Below, piece by piece: positions 48,316 through 61,103 of a DNA stretch of 64,000 bases (its first letter is position 1; every line of letters begins with the position of its first letter). The position numbers and the translations under genes are program-made. The notes under the pieces were generated by a model, which did no database searches, was not told where the DNA came from, and worked only from the letters and a program-made list of their open reading frames with translations. Origin of the DNA: Octopus sinensis (lineage: Eukaryota); assembly GCF_006345805.1 (NCBI RefSeq), contig NC_043000.1, positions 81,096,001 through 81,160,000 of the forward strand. Reading direction: 5' to 3'.

Positions 48316-49597
48316 TCAGGCTGAGTAAAAAGTAAGCAATGCTTTGAAACATGAAATTCATCACAATATATTTCAACAATGCGGAAATTTTATTCACCAA
48401 AGTAAGTACCATTACAATCAGCACATTTTTGCCAATGAGTTACAAGTTTGTTTATTCTGGTACCATAAAAATCTGGAATTCTGGAGCTGATGAATTCTTT
48501 GAATGCACTTTCAGCATCGGTTTGATTTTTGAACTCTTTATCTCACAGGAAACCATTAAGGTGCTTGAAAAAGTGGTAGTCGATAGGAGAAAGGTTTGGG
48601 GAATAAGCTGGGTGGAGAAGAACTTTGTAACCAAGTTCCCTCAACTTCTGGAGTGTCATTAGTATAATGTGTGGTCAAGTATTGTCATGAAGAATGATTG
48701 GCCTTCTCCTGTTGACCAGTCTGGGATAGAGGAGTAGCAGTTTTTCATTCATTTTGGCAATTTCATGGCAATGTATTTCTGCAGTAATGGTTTTTCTGGG
48801 TTTTAAGAAGTTATAGTGGATGAGTCCAGCAGTACACTACCAATCAGTCACCATAACCTTCTTTTTGAAGAGCATGGGTTAAGGGAAGGTTTTTGGTGCT
48901 TCATTTTGTTCCAACCACTGCAAAGAACATTTTTTATTATTGTACAAATTCCACTTTTCTTCGCAAGTTACAATATGGTTGAGAAATGGATCGGTCTGGT
49001 TACAGAGAAGAAGCAACAGACAAATTTCATATCTGTGCATTTTCTGATTTTCATTCAAATCAAGTGGTTCCCATGTGTCGAGCTTTTTTGATTTTCTTGT
49101 TGCATGCAAATGGTGAAGGCAGTTTTCTGGCTAACTTAAAATTCTTTTGCCAGTTCTCGAATGGTTTTATGTGGATATTTCTCAATGATAGTCTTTAATT
49201 GACCATCATCGATAACAGATGGGCATTCACTATACTCACAGTCTTCAGGTCTCCACTGCAAAATCATTTAAACTATTTTCAAGCTGACCACTCATTGGTC
49301 ATTTCCTTGCCAAATGCTTCATTGATATCATGAGCTGTTTCAGCTGCTTTTTTTTTTTTTTTTTTTCCTTTTGGAGTTGAATATCAAAATTGCTCGAATA
49401 TCATGCTTTGACAGTTCCATTTCAGATGATCGTAACAACAATGACTGTAACAATATTAATTTATTGATGTGTTTGGGCAAGTCTATGTTTGTATTATCAG
49501 ACACTATTTTAAATGTTTAAAAAAATTCAAACTCTGCAAAAAATCCAGTAGAAATTCTTCATGGTTCAAAATGTTGCTTACTTTTTACTCAACCTGC
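48316..49597 (-). mobile_element. Full-length degenerate mariner (1282 bp)
   Basis: ~30-bp TIRs CAGG(C/T)TGAGTAAAAAGTAAGCAA flanked by TA; HIVTCEEKWNLYNN and PAYSPNLSPIDYHFF motifs; frameshifted. Confidence 0.9.
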
Positions 49598-49621
49598 TAT
49601 ACTGCATTTTTATGCACAGCA

Positions 49622-52600
49622 TGTCCATCATCATCATCATCATCATCATTTAACGTCCGCTTTCCATGCTAGCATGGGTTGGACGATTCAACTGGGGTCT
49701 GGGGAGCCCGAAAGCTGCACCAGTCCAGTCAGATCTGGCAGTGTTTCTACAGCTGGATGCCCTTCCTAACGCCAACCACTCCGAGAGTGTAGTGGGTGAT
49801 TTTATGTGCCACCGACACAGGTGCCAGACGAGGCTGGCAAACGGCCACGCTCGGATGGTGTTTTTTTATGTGCCACCGACACAGGTGCCAGACGAGGCTG
49901 GCAGACGGCCACGCTCGGATGGTGTTTTTATGTGCCACTGACACAGGTGCCAGATGAGGCTGGCAAACGGCCACGATCGGATGGTGTTTGTTACGTGCCC
50001 ACAGCACGGAGGCCAGTCGATGCGGTACTGGCTACGGCCACGTTCGGATGGTTTTCTTGTGTGCCACGTGCCACCAGCACTGGTACCACATAGATACAAA
50101 TTCCATTGATGTTCATCTATTTTGATTTGTTTTGATTTTGATTTTCACTTGCCTCAACAGGTCTTCACAAGTGTCACAAGAAGGAAGGTATGCACAGGTG
50201 GACTGACTACGTTCCAGGTAGGGGCCACAGGTTATGGCCTGACTAGTCTTGCCGGGTCTTCGGATGGTGTTTTTATGTGCCACCGACACAGGTGCCAGAT
50301 GAGGCTGGCGAACGGCCATGATCGGATGGTGTTTGTTACGTGCCCACAGCACGGAGGCCAGTCGGTGCGGTACTGACTACGGCCACGTTCGGATGGATTT
50401 CTTGTGTGCCACCGGCACTGGTACCACAAAGATACAATTCCATTAATGTTCATCTATTTTGATTTGTTTTGATTTGATTTGATTTGATTTGATTTGTTTT
50501 GATTTCATTTTGATTTTCACTTGCCTCAACAGGCCTTCACAAGTATCACAAGGAGGAAGGTATGCACAGGTGGACTGACTACGTCCCAGGTAGGGGCCAT
50601 GGGATATGGCCTGACTAGTCTTGCCGGGTCTTCGGATGGTGTTTTTATGTGCCACCGACACAGGTGCTAGATGAGGCTGGCGAACGGCCACGATCGGATG
50701 GTGTTTGTTATGTGCCCACAGCACGATGGCCAGTCGATGCGGTACTGACTACGGCCACGTTCGGATGGATTTCTTGTGTGCCACAGGCACTGGTACCACA
50801 AAGATACAAATTCCATTGATGTTCATCTATTTTGATTTGATTTGATTTTCACAGGTAGGGCCCACGGGTTATGACCTGACTAGTCTTGCCGGGTCTTCGG
50901 ATGGTGTTTTTATGTGCCACCATGTTCCCACAGCACGGAGGCCAGTCGATGCGGTACTGGCTACGGCCACGTTCGGATGGTTTTCTTGTGTGCCACAGGC
51001 ACTGGTACCACAAAGATACAAATTCCATTGATGTTCATCTATTTTGATTGATTTTCACTTGCCTCAGCAGGTCTTCACAAGTGTCACAAGAAGGAAGGTA
51101 TGCACAGGTGGATCGACTACGTCCAGGTAGGGGCCACGGGATATGGCCTGACTAGTCCTGCCGGGTCCTCTCATGCACAGCACACTTCCATAGGACTCGG
51201 TCTTCAGTCATTTCCTTGGTGAGACCTAAAGTTCGAAGGTCGTGCTTCACCACCTCGTCCCAGGTTTTCCTGGGTCTACCTCTTCCACAGGTTCCCTCAA
51301 CTGCTAGGGTGTAGCACTTTTGCACACAACTATCTTCAGCCATTCTTGTCACATGACCATACCAGTGCAGCCGTCTCTCTTGCACACCACAACTGACACT
51401 TCTTAGGTTCAACTTTTCTCTCAAAGTACTTACACTCTGACGATTATGAACACTGACATTACACATCCATCGGAGCATACTGGCTTCATTTCTTGCAAGC
51501 TTACGCATATCCTCAGCTGTCATGGCCCATGTTTCACTACCATGTAGCATGGCTGTACGTACACACGCATCATATAGTCTGCCTTTTACTCTTAGCGAGA
51601 GGCCTTTTGTCACCAGCAGGGGTAAGAGCTCTCTAAACTTTGCCCAGGCTATTCTTACTCTAGCAGTTACACTTTCAGCACACCCACCCCCGCTACTGAC
51701 TTGGTCTCCTAGGTAGCGGAAGCTATCAACTACTTCTAGTTGTCTCCCTGGAACGTGGTAGAAGTTGGTCTCTGCACATTTCAGTGTTTATTGCTCCTGA
51801 GCATCTGCCACAGACAAAAACTATTTTCTTAGTTAGCCTTCCTTTGACATTGCTGCACCTCTTATGTGTCCATAGCTTACACTTGGTGCACCTTATAGAG
51901 TTTCTACCTACACCTTTTTTACAGATCGAGCAGGGCCATCTACCTGAAGTCGTTTGTGATTGGTCCACCTTCCTACTTATTAGGACTTTGGTTTTGGCTA
52001 GGTTGATTCTAAGGCCCTCGATTCTGTTAACTCGGATTGCTGGTCCCTCTGTTGGGTCGACATTCGGGAGACTCTCTTTATCCCATTCATTTGCCTCATT
52101 CAGCAACCTTTCATAGTGGCATCTCCAAGCCTCTCTCTTTGCATCCTCATTTAGCGCAAGTGAACCGTCATCCTTGCGAACACATTCTCTCCAACCACGT
52201 CACGATTCTCTCTCACACACTGTCTTGCAACACGAAATACCTCAAGTCTTCATCTTCACGGCGCAGGACATTGGCAAATTTTTCTTATCTGCCTCCCCTC
52301 TGGCTAGATAGACCTGTCTCCTAGCTTCCCTCTGGCAGTCTGATACACTTCCCTGCTACCACCGTTCTTCCAGGCCTTCCAAGCCTGTTTCTTTTGTCTA
52401 AAGCCCTATCAACAATATTGTTCCACCACCACGTTATTTTGGGTCTTAAGGGGACTTTGCACCAGCCACAGATCTGGTCAGCGGCTTTCAGCAGGTTGTC
52501 CCTCAGAAACGTCAGTTGTCTTCTACCCCATGCGTAGCTATACCCCCTTCCACTTCGTCAAAGGCTTCAAGTAACATATCTCTAAATCTCTGTCCATTCG

Positions 52601-53470
52601 CAGGGTCTTTTAGCTTCAGACCCTTCTTCTCCATGTTGGTCGTCTTCTAGTCGCCCTCTTAGTCCTGATCCTAAAGTCACTAACTACCAGTCTATGTTGT
52701 GGGGTGCATTCTTCGCCTGGGAAGGTTTTGGCATTTATAAGCAGCCATCTTTCCCTTTTTCTGGCAAGGATGTAGTCAATCTGGCTGGTGTGTCTGCCAG
52801 AACGGTAGGTGACTAGGTGAGAGGTGGGTTTCCTGAAGTTGGTATTGCAGACCATAAGGTCATTTGCATCGCAGAACTCCAGCAGCCTGGTTCCCTCCTC
52901 GTTGCGGGAACCATAACCGTAGCCTCCATGTTCGCCATGGAAGCCCCCAGCATGTCGTCCAACATGCCCATTGAAATCACCAGCCACAAAGAGAAGGTCC
53001 CTGTCGTTCGAGGTGGTCTGCAGTAGGGTGTCATAGAAACTGTCTTTCTGTCCATCGGGTAGCCCTGGCTGAGGGGCATAGGCCGATATAATGGTTGCTA
53101 ATCTATTATGAAGCACTATTCTAATCTTAAGTATTCTGTCACTTACTCTGATTACCTCAATTACTCTATCTACCCATTTCTCAGCGATAAGTATACCCAC
53201 GCCACCGACCCCGTCAGTGTTCCCTGCCCCAAAAATCTTGTACCTGTGTTCCTTGCCTGTGAGGAACCTAGCAGATCCTCTCTCCTCCACCTTATTTCTT
53301 GCATGCAACATACATCAACCCATCTCCGTTCAAGCATCTCAACTATCTCGCCAGATCTACCTTTCAGTGTGCCAACGTTGAGGGTGCCCACCCTGAAGGA
53401 GTGGAAGGTATGGACCCGAGAGGTCCAGGGACGGGGAGCAGTGGCGTCATGTACCTGAAAAGAAGAAAGC
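49622..53470 (-). mobile_element. Near full-length RTE LINE with RT-core deletion and expanded 3'UTR
   Basis: Endonuclease, linker, then a jump at ~52025 straight to the RT C-terminus and PHD finger; ~1.5-kb repetitive 3'UTR. Confidence 0.92.
52616..53410 (-). pseudogene. RTE apurinic-like (EEP) endonuclease, frameshifted
   Basis: LNVGTLKGR...CCMQEIRW, GVGGVGIL, SAYAPQ, VAGDFNGHVG, RNEEG.RLLEFC and SQIDYIL. Confidence 0.9.
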
Positions 53471-53967
53471 TCGCATTTGGCAGAATTCATAAGCAAAGCA
53501 ATGATCTTAAGTTCAACCTGTTACACTACACTATCATGTTTTGCGCCGTATTTTCACCACCTTATATAGAAGGGGGTGGTATTGGCTTAAGGCCTTTAGG
53601 TGTTCATGGAAGAAAAATAAAGGAAGACAAGCTGAGATATATATATGTATGTATATATGTGAGTATGTTGGCATGGATGGTTATAAGAGTAAAGACGAAA
53701 AAATTAGTCAAAACAGAACAAAAATACATGAATAAAACCAATAAGAAAAGAGTGAATAAGAGATAATATTTTTGGACAAATATAACAGTAATTAACTTCA
53801 TCTTTATTTTTGATAATCCATGTTTCTTGTTCACTAATTGTTTATTAATATTTTTCTTAGTCAATTCTCTTTACTTGATAAACTTCGGTTTTGACAATCT
53901 TTCCTTTCATCCAACTCTTTGACAAGGTTTTCCATGTTTTACCTTCTCTTTTTTTTCTTTCACCCAG

Positions 53968-54114
53968 GATCTTGTGACACTATGCACTCTTGGTACTGGC
54001 ACCACATTTGGAGAGTCAGTTCTCACAGACAAACCCAGACATGCCACCGTTGTAACAAGTGATTTTTGTGAATTAATACGTGTTGAACAAAAAGATTTTA
54101 AAATATTATGGGAG
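53968..54114 (+). CDS. RAPGEF4: Internal exon of an Epac2/RAPGEF4-like cAMP-regulated Rap GEF (N-terminal cNMP-binding domain)
   Basis: Polypyrimidine tract plus CAG acceptor; GAG|GTAAGT donor; 147 nt, phase 0/0, encoding [49 protein letters not shown]. Closely resembles vertebrate RAPGEF4 [30 protein letters not shown]...EQKDFKALWE (recalled, not searched). Confidence 0.92.
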
Positions 54115-54229
54115 GTAAGTACTTTTGACTTTCTTATTTTTTCTTTCTTTCTAGATATTGCCTTACTTAACTCAGTCAGAGTGACATTGCATTTCCAGTG
54201 CAGAGTCACTCAGGGTACAATTTAAACCA

Positions 54230-55390
54230 AGAACATAAGGTACAAGACCTGAAATTTTGTGAGACCTGAAATTTTGTGCGACCTGAAATTTTAATTGATT
54301 AAATCAAACCCAATACTTAACTGATATTTTATTTTATTGACCTTGAAAGGTGAAAGGCAGAACATTAATATTCACAATAACAACAACAACAACAAAATCA
54401 ATTATAATAACATTCCCAAAAGTTGGCACAAGGCCAGCAATTTTAGGGCCAGTGATTGAGAGATTGTCGATTGCATCAACTCCAGTTCAACTGATACTTC
54501 ATTTTATTGACCTCAAAATGTTGAAAAGTAAAGTTGACCTCAGCAGAATATGAACTTAGAATGTAAAGCGTCATAAGAAATGCCACCAAGAAGAATTTTG
54601 TCCAAAGCACTAACAGTTCTTCCGGATCACTACATTATTACTGCATTCCTGCATCCATCGCAAATAGATGCAGCTTCTTCTGTTTTTTTTACTTTTTGAA
54701 AGTTGTTTTCTCTTTTTCCCATGTTTTTTCTCTCTTTTTGTCTTCAAATCTTCTCCTTCAAACACTCATGTCGAAGTCAACAGGAGCAACCATCATTATT
54801 ATTATTTGAGTTTTAGTCTTACTAGGGTCAACTTTTCCTTTCAACACCTTAACAACAATCCTTTCTCCTATAGGCACAAGGCCTGAAATTTAGTAGGAGG
54901 GGGTTAGTTGATTACATTGACCCAATATTCAACTGGTACTTATTTTATCTACTCCGAAAGGATGGAAGGCAAAGTGAAACTCAGCTGAATTAGAACTAAG
55001 AATGTAAAGATCCAGAAGAAATTCCATTAGGAATTTTGTACAATGCACTAATGGTTCTGCCAGATAACCACCTTAATAATAATACTTATAATAATAATAA
55101 TAATAATAACAATAATAATACTCCTTTCTACTATAGGCACAAGGCCTGAAATTTTGTGGGAGGGGACTAGTTGATTACATCAACCCCAGTGTTTCACTGG
55201 TACTTAATTTATCAACCCCAAAAGGATGAAAGGCAAAGTCGACCTTGGCGGAATTTGAACTCAGAATGTAGTGACGGGCAAAATATCATGAAACATTTTA
55301 CCTGGTGTTCTAACAATTCTGCCAATTCACCACCTCAATAATAATAATTATTATAATAATGATGTTTCAAATTTTGGCACAAGGCCAGCA
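54230..55390 (-). mobile_element. Stack of Meta/MESC-type SINE copies and fragments separated by (AAT)n
   Basis: Recurrent AGGCACAAGGCCTGAAATT...GAAAGGATGAAAGGCAAAGTCGACC...TTCTGCCA blocks, all in one orientation. Confidence 0.75.
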
Positions 55391-55404
55391 AGTTCAATGC
55401 TCAA

Positions 55405-56410
55405 CTGGTACTGTTTGTTGCTTACATTAATGACGTAGATGCCAACTTAAAGAATACCACAGTGCTGAAATATGCAGATGACATCAAGCTGTACCTTAAG
55501 ATAAAAAGGACAGATCCTGAATACTGTAGATCTTTCCTGCAATCAGACTTGGACACAATGCAACAATGGATCACAGACTGGCAACTGTATCACCATGCAT
55601 TTTGGGAGGAAGAACCCAGCATCCATCCACGTACTCTCTCTACAACACTAATATCAAGAAGTCTTCTTGTGAATGTGACCTGGTCATTACTCTCAGCAGT
55701 GATTTGCACTGGAGAAAAGCACATCTCTAAAATTTTCTAGAAGGCCAAGAAGGTCTTGGCATCCCTCAGCAAAAGCTTTGTCAGCCACTCTCCAGCTATC
55801 TATTTTAGACTGTATATGGCTATGGTGTGGCCACACTTGGAATTTGCATCACCAGTCTAGAATCTTTATCTTACTCAGGACATTGACTTCTTGGAAACTT
55901 TTCAGAGATGTGCAACCAAGTGAATACCCTCCATTAGGCATCTACCATACTCTGAATGCCTTGCTTCTTTGGGCATAGGTACATTGAAGCTCCGATATCT
56001 GGCAACTGACTTAGTAATCACCCACAAAATTATTAACCATTGTGCCAATAATCACATTGAGCACCTTCTTTAGCTCCATGTGTCTAACACACATGGGCAC
56101 CCCTACAAAGTCAGAAAACAGCACAACTCCTATGACTTTTAGAAACATTTTTTCACACTCAGAGGTGCTGAAGTATGGAACAAACTACCTGCATCAATTA
56201 TTAGTTGCCATGACATTGCATCCTTTAAAACCTCCATGCTTCCTGAAATTTGCCAACACTACACTTGATATTCCCCACTCCATACACATGCACACATGTA
56301 TATCATGGCTCCATACACTGTTCACTTTCCTGACTTTTGTACATAATTCTATGTACTGTACAGGCACCTTTGATGAGTTGTGGTGCACCTGCACACTATA
56401 CACAATAATT
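55405..56410 (+). mobile_element. CR1/L2-type LINE RT C-terminal relic
   Basis: LFVAYINDV...VLKYADDIKLY...LQSDLDTMQQWITDWQL, LYMAMVWPHLEFASP and EVWNKLP. Confidence 0.85.
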
Positions 56411-56564
56411 TCATTATTATAATTTTATTTTATTGACCCTGAAAGGCTGAAAGGTCAATCTTGGCAGAATTTGAACTCAGAACATAAAGTTTGAGAAAAT
56501 GTCACTAAGTATTTTGCCTGGCGTGCTAACAGTTCTGCCAATAATAATAATGATGATAATAATA

Positions 56565-56598
<34 letters not shown>

Positions 56599-59524
56599 TA
56601 ATAATAATAATAATAATGATGATGATAATAATAAAAATAAAAACAATAGTATATTTTACCCCAGTGTCACTTTGATGGTATGCACTGCTATCTCTATCGA
56701 TAATAATGATAATAATAATAATAATATTTTAATGATTTCTTTTAAATTCCACTAACTCATCAAAGGAGGAAGATGTTATAAAAGTTACACTACACATGGG
56801 GATTTACATAAAACTGAATGATGAATGAAAGTAGGTTGAGAGAAATTAAGTGAAAAGTGTATGATGTATAGAAAATATGATGAATCCATGGGCTGATCAA
56901 GGAACCCCACAGATCCAAGATCTCCCTGAAATCAAAAACAAAAATATTCATCCAATTGCTGTTCTTCACTTTGAAGCTGCATGGCTTAGAGCAGTTCCAG
57001 TCACTCTAGTTTTGTCCCGGTCAGCCATCTCTTGACGACTTCACTGGAGTAGAGCACTTCCCTTCTCATTCCCACTCACTTTCTTTTCTCTGTAAAGCTT
57101 GGAAAATTCTACAGAAGGTTTTTCTTTTCTTTTTTTTTTCTTGTGGCAGCACAGTGTGTATCTTATATATATTTTTTGTATTGTTTATTTATTTATCCTT
57201 TTAGAACAAAGGACTTTATAGTTGGAGGCCACCTTTCCTCCCAATAAACCATTCAAAGCTGAATACGATGTTTGGAGCCGCAGAAATAAATTGGAGCAAG
57301 CAGAGTTATGTCCCTTACTTAAGAACCCACTACTCTAGTCTGCTGTGCTTAGTATTTATTTAGCCTGACTTTCTCAAATAGTCCCTCGTCTCTCTCTCTC
57401 TCTCTCTCTCTCTCGTTTTTTTTTTTTTTTTTTTTGCTTTTCAAAATGTAAGGAACCAGCAGTCAACCTTTTGGAAGCCTGTAATTAACAATGCTATTGT
57501 CATGAAAAAGATATGTTATATAAAATGAATAAATAGCAGACAGACCATAGCGTGTCGGTTGCTAAGGTTGTTCTTTGCTGAAGATCTGGAATTAATCTCT
57601 AAATCGACCAGCAGGACTGAATGTATTTGAAATTTATTCATTAAATTCTTCTGAAGTATTTTCACATAACTAAAGTTACTATGGTAGCTGATATGTGGAA
57701 TACTCCCTTTGAGTATTTCCTGTCAGCCACATAAATGCGACATGTTTGTGAAAATAAAGGTCAATGTATGTAGTTAAATTGAACTCAGAAATGTTAATGG
57801 AAGGGATATGATAATTGAATCTATCCCAGCATGTGGTTGGTACTTTTTCTGTTGACCCTTTGCCGGGGATAAAGAACAAAGTGAATCCCAGTGAGATTTG
57901 AAGTAGAGTACGACAAGAAACTTATGAAATGTTTAGTCTGGTGCCCAACTCTTTCTGTGCCATTACTATTTTTATCTAATCAATAAAATCAATATCATGA
58001 TGTATCATTCATTCAACACAGCAGAACATCAACAATAGGAAAAACAATTTCTCCACTGATGAAACACAATAAAATAATATCAATATTATACAGAATATTG
58101 AATTCTTACTTTGATTCAAGGCCACAAATACCAGGGTTGGAAATACTCTATTAAAAATGATCTCAGTATTTGAGACATACCTAATTCTGTTGACCCCAAG
58201 AACAGATCCAGATTGAGATTTTATTGGCACCTGGGATACAATTATCATGAGATCCTTGAGCTACAAATATCATAAGGCCCCAGCATTATTTTCAATAACT
58301 TTTCACTTATACACTACAGACATTTCCAGGTGTTAGAGACCCTTGGGGTGAAGCCTCTAAACCTCATACATCAGTCCTGTACTGTCCAGAAGAATGAAAG
58401 GCAAAGTCAGTCTCAGTTTATTTCGAATAGAAAATCCATTACTTTGTTTCGCACATTTTATCTGTCGAATATGTATTTTGATTTTATATTCACCCAGAGA
58501 AGTAACAGATTTATAGATATAGATGGTGGGATTTTATGACAGTCATGCATTTCTCAATACTTCTATTTTATGCTTTCTATTTTCTTTTCACTGATTTAGT
58601 GAGAGAACAAAGAGTGATGCCTCTTATTGGTTTTAGCATCTCTGAGACTGGGGAAGAAAGTGAGAAAGTTATGTTCAAGACCAGAAACCTGTCCCCAAAC
58701 GTTTGTAGCAGAGTGCCAGATGGTAGTGAATTTGACAATGGATCAAATTTGCAACTAAAACATAAAAGCAAACCCTCCGATGGGTTTCCACACAGCATCT
58801 GCTTACTAAATTCAACTGATAAGGCTTTGGTCAATACAAAGCTATGTTAAACAACATTTGGCCTGTGTGCCACATGGTAAGATGGAACATGAGACCTTAC
58901 AACTGTAAAGCAGACTCCTGAATGTCACAACTATGCTTGTGTTTGTATAATCGTTTCAAATTTAGAAACAAGACCAAGATTTTCAAGGAGTTGATTACAT
59001 TGATTACTTGACTGGTGCTTTATCTTATTTACCTTAAAAGGATAAAAAGCAAGGTTGACCTTGGTGAGACAAAGAATACCACATGGAATTTTTTTCCAGT
59101 TCTCTATTGATTCTGCCTATCTGCCACTCTTTTGTGTCTATATTAAAAAAATACCAGACTACAATATTGTTTTTATTTTTTTATTTATAAAACTGCTGTT
59201 TGTATCAAACATGGAGTTAGAGCCTCAGATTCGTTGAAGAGGACACTGTGTGATATTTATGCCTTGCTTTTCAAAGCAAAGTCAAATGAAAAATTCCTGC
59301 CTGTTCTGGTGTAGCTGTTTATTTTTCCAGCAGTCACATACTGGATATTCCACCAGATCAAGTGTGCATGGACTGAGAGGATGTCACTATCTACCTGTGT
59401 TGTAGATAATCATAAGTTTAACTGTCTGGAGATGTGTCCACATGTATACAACCCCCATCCTGTAAATATATGCACATACACACATACATCATATGTACAT
59501 CCATACATGCATTCATAAGTACAC

Positions 59525-59710
59525 ACACACACACAAACACACATGGCTGTTTCTTAACAAGTTTGCTTCCCAACTACATGGTTTCAGGTTTACTCCTACT
59601 GCATGGCATTTGGGGGCAAGTGTCATCTACTCATCTACTCTAGCCAACCAAAGCTTTGTGAGTGGATTTGGATGACAGAAACTAAAACAAGTCCATCGTA
59701 TATGTATATA

Positions 59711-59771
<61 letters not shown>

Positions 59772-60820
59772 GTCTCCTTTCCTTGACATCACATGATAAT
59801 TGTGAATGAGTTTCACCATCACACAAACAGTGTCCTTCATATCCTATCATTTGTGAAAACATGTCTGGTCTAGGGGAAATACTTCCTTACCTTGGAAACA
59901 GGGGAGGGTTCGCAACAGGAAAGGCATTTAGCCATAGAAAATGTGCTTTAACAAATTCATCCAACCCATACAACTAAGGAAAAGAGAACAGTAAAATGAT
60001 GATCATCATCTACATCATCATATATATATTCCTTTATTTTCTTTTATAATTTCTTTTACTTGTTTCAGTCTTTGGACTGCTGCCATGCTGGGGCACCACC
60101 TTGAAGAATTCTTAGTTGAATGAATCAACTCCAGTACATATTTTTCATTAAGCCTGGTACTTATTCTATTGGTTTCTTTTGCTGAACTGCTAAGTTACAG
60201 AGACATAAGCACACCAACACCAGTTATTAAAGTGGTGGTGGGGTACAAATGTAAACACAAAAACACCAGGTGTGGCTGTGTGGTAAGAGGCATGCTTCCC
60301 AACCACATGGTTCCATGTTCAGTCTCACAGCATGGCATCTTGGGCAAGTGTCTTCTACTTTAGCCTTAAGCTAACCAAAGCCTTGTGAGTGTATATGGTA
60401 GATGGAAACTGAAATAAGCTCGTCATATTTATATAAATATATGTGTGTGTTTGTATCTATGCATGTGTCTTTGTATCTGTGTTTGCTCCCCCACAACCAC
60501 CATCACCACCACTTGACAATTGGTGTTGGTGTGTTTACATCATCATAGCTTAACAGTTCAGCAAAAGAAACCAATAGAATAAGTTGATTCATTCAACTAA
60601 AAATTCAAAACAGTGCCCCAGCATAGCTGCAGTCTATTGACTGAAACATGTAAAATATAAAAAAACGTATGTTTCTGTCAACCAGATCCACTCACAAGAC
60701 TTTGGTTGACCCAAAACTATATTAGAGGACACTTACCCAAGGTGTGATGCAGTGGGACTGAACCTAGAACCACAGGTTGGGAAGCAAGCTTCTTACCACA
60801 CAACTGTGCCTGCACCTATG
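59525..60820. mobile_element. Cluster of CORE-type SINE copies and RTE-tail fragments, both orientations
   Basis: Heads at ~59525 (+), ~60270 (+) and ~60810 (-); tail at 60050-60255 (-). Confidence 0.7.
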
Positions 60821-61103
60821 TCCATATTTCCATGCTGGCACAGATTAAACAAAACAACTTGTTGAGGCAGATTTCTTACAACTATATGCTCTTGCTTGTA
60901 AACAACCTTTACCAGTTTTCAAAGTAAGGTATTTTTAAGATTCACTCATTGAAAATGGTGAAGCCTCTTAACTTAATGGACTTTTCCTTCTTGGAGTATA
61001 TAAAGCAGGAATGGGCGACCTTTTTCTAGACCAGGGTCACATGAGATATGGCTTATCATCAGACAGGATCCTGCTACTAAAAAAATTCAAGGTTGTTTTT
61101 CAT

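Noticed and set aside
49800-51100. Regular ~60-bp repeats resembling a CRISPR array
   Set aside because: Eukaryotic context, no unique spacers and no cas genes; they are the RTE 3'UTR minisatellite.
54246-54292. Three 17-bp tandem units GACCTGAAATTTTGTG
   Set aside because: Local slippage of a SINE tail motif.
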